Source: Patescibacteria group bacterium (lineage in GTDB: Bacteria > Patescibacteriota > Minisyncoccia > Portnoybacterales > GWB1-42-6). From it: 64,000 bases of DNA. The translations under genes and the position numbers were made by a program. The DNA is taken from the NCBI GenBank assembly GCA_022709865.1, contig JAKLIA010000001.1:297273-361272 (forward strand), read 5' to 3'. Shown here piece by piece: positions 60,610 to 64,000 of the stretch. Each line of letters begins with the position of its first letter. The stretch's first letter is position 1. The notes below the pieces were generated by a model. It searched no databases and was not told the origin of the DNA. It saw only the letters and a list, made by a program, of their open reading frames with translations.

Positions 60610-61968
60610 ATGTCTAATATAAATCCTAAAATATTTAAGGCCTATGATGTTCGCGGAGTTTACCCGGAAGAAATAAACGAAGAATCGGTTTTTTCGATTG
60701 CCGCCTCTTTCATTGAGTTTTTGCGCAATCAGGGAGAAATGAGCGGCGAAGCAATAGTTGTTGGCCGGGACGCCAGAGTTTCTTCTGATGACTTGCATCA
60801 AGCTTTAGTCGACAGCTTGATCTCGGAGGGAGCAGATGTGATAGATATCGGGCGGGTGAGCACCCCGCTTTTTTATTGGGCAATTATCAACCAAAAAGCG
60901 GCTGGCGGCATAATGATTACTGCTTCCCATAATCCGGCGCAGTATAACGGCTTGAAGATCTGCCGCGCTGAAGCGCGCCCTATCGGGCTTGATTCAGGCT
61001 TAGCGGAGATAAGAGAGCTGGCTAAAAAAGACAGGCCGGCTAAATTGAATCTTGTTGGAAAGGTTCTGGAAAAAGAGTTGTTGGCTGATTATTTAGATTT
61101 TGTGAAAGGCCGGATATCTTTAAATGAAATAAAACCCTTAAAAATCATCGTCGATTTTGGCAATGGCATGGCCGGGGCGGAAGTTATGGGATTGTTAAAA
61201 TCTTTGCCTTGCCAAGCCGAGTTTTTATTTGCCGAACCAGATGGGCGCTTTCCGAACCACGAAGCCAATCCCATAAAAGAAGAGAACTTAAAAGAGTTGC
61301 GGGAAAAAATATTGAGCGAACGGGCGGATTTGGGCGTGGCTTTTGACGGCGATGGCGACCGGGTGGCGTTTTTAGATGAAAAGGGGGAGTTAGTGCGCGG
61401 CGATTTTACAACCGCCTTAATTGCTGGGTGCTTGTTAAAAGAAAACGCAGGCCAGAAGATCTTATTTGAGGTCCGTTCTAGTAAGATCGTGCCCGAAGTT
61501 ATTAAAAATGCCGGCGGAGAGGCAATTTTGGGCCGGCCCGGGCATTCTTTAATGAAAGAGCAAATGAGGCGGGAAGACATTCTGTTTGGCGGCGAGCTTT
61601 CTGGCCATTATTTTTACCGGGATCTGGGCTTTATAGAAAATACGCTGTTTACTTTGCTGGAAGTTTTGCGGATCTTAAGCTCGCAGGCGCAACCTTTTTC
61701 GGCTATTTGCGCTTCTTTGAAAAAATACTATCATTCAGGAGAAATTAATTTTGAGGTGGCCGACCCGGATAAGACCATTGAAACCATTGCCCAAAGGTTC
61801 AGCGATGGCCAACTCAAAAAGATCGATGGCATAACTATTCAATACGCTGATTGGTGGTTTAATTTGCGCAAGTCCAATACCGAGCCGTTGGTTAGATTGA
61901 ATATGGAGGCAGATACACCGGAAAAGCTGGAAGAAAAAAAGAAAGAATTGATAGAGATAATAAAATAA
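60610..61968 (+). CDS. phosphomannomutase/phosphoglucomutase
   Basis: Active-site ITASHNPAQYNGLK, metal-binding FDGDGDR. Confidence 0.85.
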   Translation: MSNINPKIFKAYDVRGVYPEEINEESVFSIAASFIEFLRNQGEMSGEAIVVGRDARVSSDDLHQALVDSLISEGADVIDIGRVSTPLFYWAIINQKAAGGIMITASHNPAQYNGLKICRAEARPIGLDSGLAEIRELAKKDRPAKLNLVGKVLEKELLADYLDFVKGRISLNEIKPLKIIVDFGNGMAGAEVMGLLKSLPCQAEFLFAEPDGRFPNHEANPIKEENLKELREKILSERADLGVAFDGDGDRVAFLDEKGELVRGDFTTALIAGCLLKENAGQKILFEVRSSKIVPEVIKNAGGEAILGRPGHSLMKEQMRREDILFGGELSGHYFYRDLGFIENTLFTLLEVLRILSSQAQPFSAICASLKKYYHSGEINFEVADPDKTIETIAQRFSDGQLKKIDGITIQYADWWFNLRKSNTEPLVRLNMEADTPEKLEEKKKELIEIIK

Positions 61969-61970
61969 AT

Positions 61971-62027
61971 CCCGTCAGTCGTGACTGACGGGATAAAAAG
62001 CCTTGATTTTTATCAAGGCTTTTTTGT
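61971..62027 (+). terminator. tandem hairpins / terminator after the mutase gene
   Basis: cccgtcagtcgtgactgacggg then aaaagccttgatttttatcaaggctttttt. Confidence 0.75.
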
Positions 62028-62053
62028 TTGGAGCAAGAACATAAAAATTGTGG

Positions 62054-62158
62054 CTAGGATGGTTTATTGATTGGTTCTTCTTTTCTGGCTCGGTTCATCA
62101 GAGCTTTTGCCAGTCCCAGGATCGCAACTATAAAAAGAATAACGATTGCGGCTCTCAT
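62054..62158 (-). CDS. unlisted 34-aa single-TM membrane peptide
   Basis: ATG preceded by AAGGAGG 7 nt upstream; MRAAIVILFIVAILGLAKALMNRARKEEPINKPS. Confidence 0.4.
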   Translation of the reverse strand: MRAAIVILFIVAILGLAKALMNRARKEEPINKPS

Positions 62159-62333
62159 AATTTCCTCCTTGGGTTTGCTGTTTAGATTTTTTATTTCTCT
62201 TGTTTTGTATGCTTACAAAAATAGCGATAAAAGCGAAAGCGCAGATAATTAGCGCTAACATATAAAGAGAAAAATAATCAAGTGAGACTCTTTTCTCAAA
62301 GAGCCCTTCTGCAAATAAAAGCAATCTTTCCAT
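62064..62333 (-). CDS. small single-TM protein ORF overlapping the 34-aa peptide in another frame
   Basis: AAAGGAGG SD 6 nt upstream of ATG; hydrophobic helix LYMLALIICAFAFIAIFV; the 3' part may not be translated. Confidence 0.35.
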   Translation of the reverse strand: MERLLLFAEGLFEKRVSLDYFSLYMLALIICAFAFIAIFVSIQNKRNKKSKQQTQGGNYESRNRYSFYSCDPGTGKSSDEPSQKRRTNQ

Positions 62334-62398
62334 TCAGGCCTCCTTTTCTAGTCTTGGTTAAAAGGTTTATAAAAAGAACAATAATTAATTCCGCGCCC

Positions 62399-62489
62399 AA
62401 TGTTCCGACGAATATCGGAACATTGAACTCAACGTTAATTAGACTTCTATCAGCACCCCGTAAATCCGCCTTAGGCGGATTTACGGGGC
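62399..62489. repeat. two perfect hairpins (10-bp and 15-bp stems) without T-tracts downstream of RNase J
   Basis: aatgttccga cgaata tcggaacatt; ccccgtaaatccgcc tta ggcggatttacgggg. Confidence 0.6.
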
Positions 62490-62533
62490 AAGCTGGCAAA
62501 ATTACTTGATTAAATTATGTAAGATGTAAAATA

Positions 62534-64000
62534 TTATACCTCAATCAATACAGGTAATACCATCGGGCGCCGTTCGGTTCTGGTATATAAGAATTGGCCG
62601 ATCTTATCGCGCACCTGGTCTTTGATATATTCTTCATCAATATGGCCTTTATTGCCGGTTGAATGATGGACAATATCTTTGACTTTCTGGCGCACTTGGT
62701 AAAGCAAGTCTTTGGATTCGCGCATATAGATGAAGCCGCGCGAAATAATATCGGGACTGTTGCGGACTTGTCCGGTCTGGGAATCCAACGTGATAATAAC
62801 AACAAACATGCCGTCTTGCGCCATGGCTTGGCGGTCGCGCAACACAACTTGGCCGATATCGCCCACGCCCAAGCCGTCAACAAAGACATAGCTTGAAGGC
62901 GCTTTTTTGTCGTGAAGTTTTGGCTCTCCTTGGCTGGAAAACTCCAGCACCGAGCCATTGTCTAAAACAAAGATATTGGCTTTATGCATGCCGGCTTCAA
63001 CAGCTAATTTAGCCGATTCTTTTAGCATATAGTGGTTGGCATAGGTTGGCAGAAAGAAATCCGGTTTAACCTGCTTGATCATCTCTTTGATGTTTTGGGC
63101 GTTGCAGTGGCCGCTGGTATGCACATCCATTATATCGCTATGGATCACATTATCGCATTGGCGGTATAGGTTATCTTTTAGGCGCTGGATAGTTCTTTCA
63201 TTGCCCGGAATGACCGAGGAAGAAAAGATAACGGTATCTTGCTTGCGCACTTTAATAAAGCGGTGGTCGCCGGTGATAATGCGGGAAAGCACAGCGTTGC
63301 CTTCGCCTTGCGCGCCGGTGCAAACGATGATTATTTTATTTTCCGGATATTTATGCAGGTCGTTAACAGTGATCAGAGTTTCTTTATCAGCCTTAATATA
63401 GCCAAGCTCTTTAGCAATTTCTACGTTCATTTTCATGCTGAAGCCGTCCAGCGCGACTTTCTTGCCGATAGAGCGGGCGTATTCCAAAATGTGGCCTACG
63501 CGGCGGATCTGGGAAGAAAAAGTGCCGATAATAACTTTGCCGGTGGCTTCACTGATAAGTCTTTCCAAATTGGCATACATTTCTTTTTCGGTGGTGTGGC
63601 TAGGCCTATTATCAACCGCGCCCAAACTTTCCAGCATCAAAACTTTGGGGCTGGGCAGATAGGATAGGTGGTCATAGGAAAGAAACTTGCCGCTGATGGG
63701 ATCTTTGTCCATTGTCCAGTCGCCCGGATGGATAACTGTGGCGGAAGGAGTTTGCAAAATAACGCCAACTGCGTCCATGATAGAGTGCTCAATATCAAAG
63801 AAGCTGATATTAAAATTGCCTAATTTTATTTTGTCCTCGGTTGATTTAACGGGAATAACGTGTAATTTTTTGGCTGAGTTTTTTGCGTAATCTTCCAGGC
63901 GTTTTTTAACCAAACAAATAGTCAGGTCGCGGCCGACGATCGGCGGATAGTTTAATTTATCCAGCAAAATAGGGGCGGCGCCGATATGGTCCAAATGGCC
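62534..64000 (-). CDS. rnj: ribonuclease J (metallo-beta-lactamase/beta-CASP RNase), N-terminus beyond window
   Basis: GHLDHIGA (HxHxDH) at window edge, beta-CASP and C-terminal domain; reading frame open to position 64000. Confidence 0.8.
   Translation of the reverse strand, partial: GHLDHIGAAPILLDKLNYPPIVGRDLTICLVKKRLEDYAKNSAKKLHVIPVKSTEDKIKLGNFNISFFDIEHSIMDAVGVILQTPSATVIHPGDWTMDKDPISGKFLSYDHLSYLPSPKVLMLESLGAVDNRPSHTTEKEMYANLERLISEATGKVIIGTFSSQIRRVGHILEYARSIGKKVALDGFSMKMNVEIAKELGYIKADKETLITVNDLHKYPENKIIIVCTGAQGEGNAVLSRIITGDHRFIKVRKQDTVIFSSSVIPGNERTIQRLKDNLYRQCDNVIHSDIMDVHTSGHCNAQNIKEMIKQVKPDFFLPTYANHYMLKESAKLAVEAGMHKANIFVLDNGSVLEFSSQGEPKLHDKKAPSSYVFVDGLGVGDIGQVVLRDRQAMAQDGMFVVIITLDSQTGQVRNSPDIISRGFIYMRESKDLLYQVRQKVKDIVHHSTGNKGHIDEEYIKDQVRDKIGQFLYTRTERRPMVLPVLIEV

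Noticed and set aside
62282-62509. + strand ORFs 62282-62509 and 62067-62252, and - strand ORF 62296-62499
   Set aside because: They overlap the better-supported - strand small-peptide genes and the hairpin region, and they lack SD sequences.

Overview
The window looks like a compact bacterial chromosome segment that is dense in housekeeping genes; its gene content and organisation suggest a Candidate Phyla Radiation / Patescibacteria-like lineage (inference). Recognisable genes, mostly on the + strand: rseP, mreB-mreC-mreD-mrdA (PBP2), greA, lysS, an FtsQ-like gene, two tandem GT-C membrane glycosyltransferases (- strand), dnaX, tRNA-Gln, typA/bipA, rsmE, tdk, a patatin-like lipase, a CsaA-like tRNA-binding protein, an AlkD-like DNA glycosylase, Fe/Mn-SOD, rlmN, an unlinked 23S-5S rRNA locus with no 16S in the window, rodA/ftsW, rpoB-rpoC (not preceded by rplKAJL), ftsK, a rodZ-like gene, recA, the rpsF-ssb-rpsR operon (- strand), ychF, a phosphomanno/glucomutase and a partial RNase J. 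Accessory or unusual content: (i) a module of a 1145-aa K/E-rich coiled-coil membrane protein, two small acidic proteins, a membrane-anchored VirB4-like conjugative-type ATPase and a GtrA-like protein (12.5-20.1 kb), which is my best candidate for a host-interaction or DNA-transfer system; (ii) a low-GC islet beside tRNA-Gln carrying a split WbuX-like N-acetyl-sugar amidotransferase; (iii) a ~55-nt hairpin element present twice inside the 23S gene; (iv) a nested/fragmented 5S rRNA locus; (v) low-GC ORFan or DUF3800 insertions; (vi) overlapping small membrane-peptide ORFs and strong T-less hairpins near RNase J. No CRISPR array, transposase or integrase was seen. All identifications come from reading motifs in the supplied translations and sequence; no database search was run.
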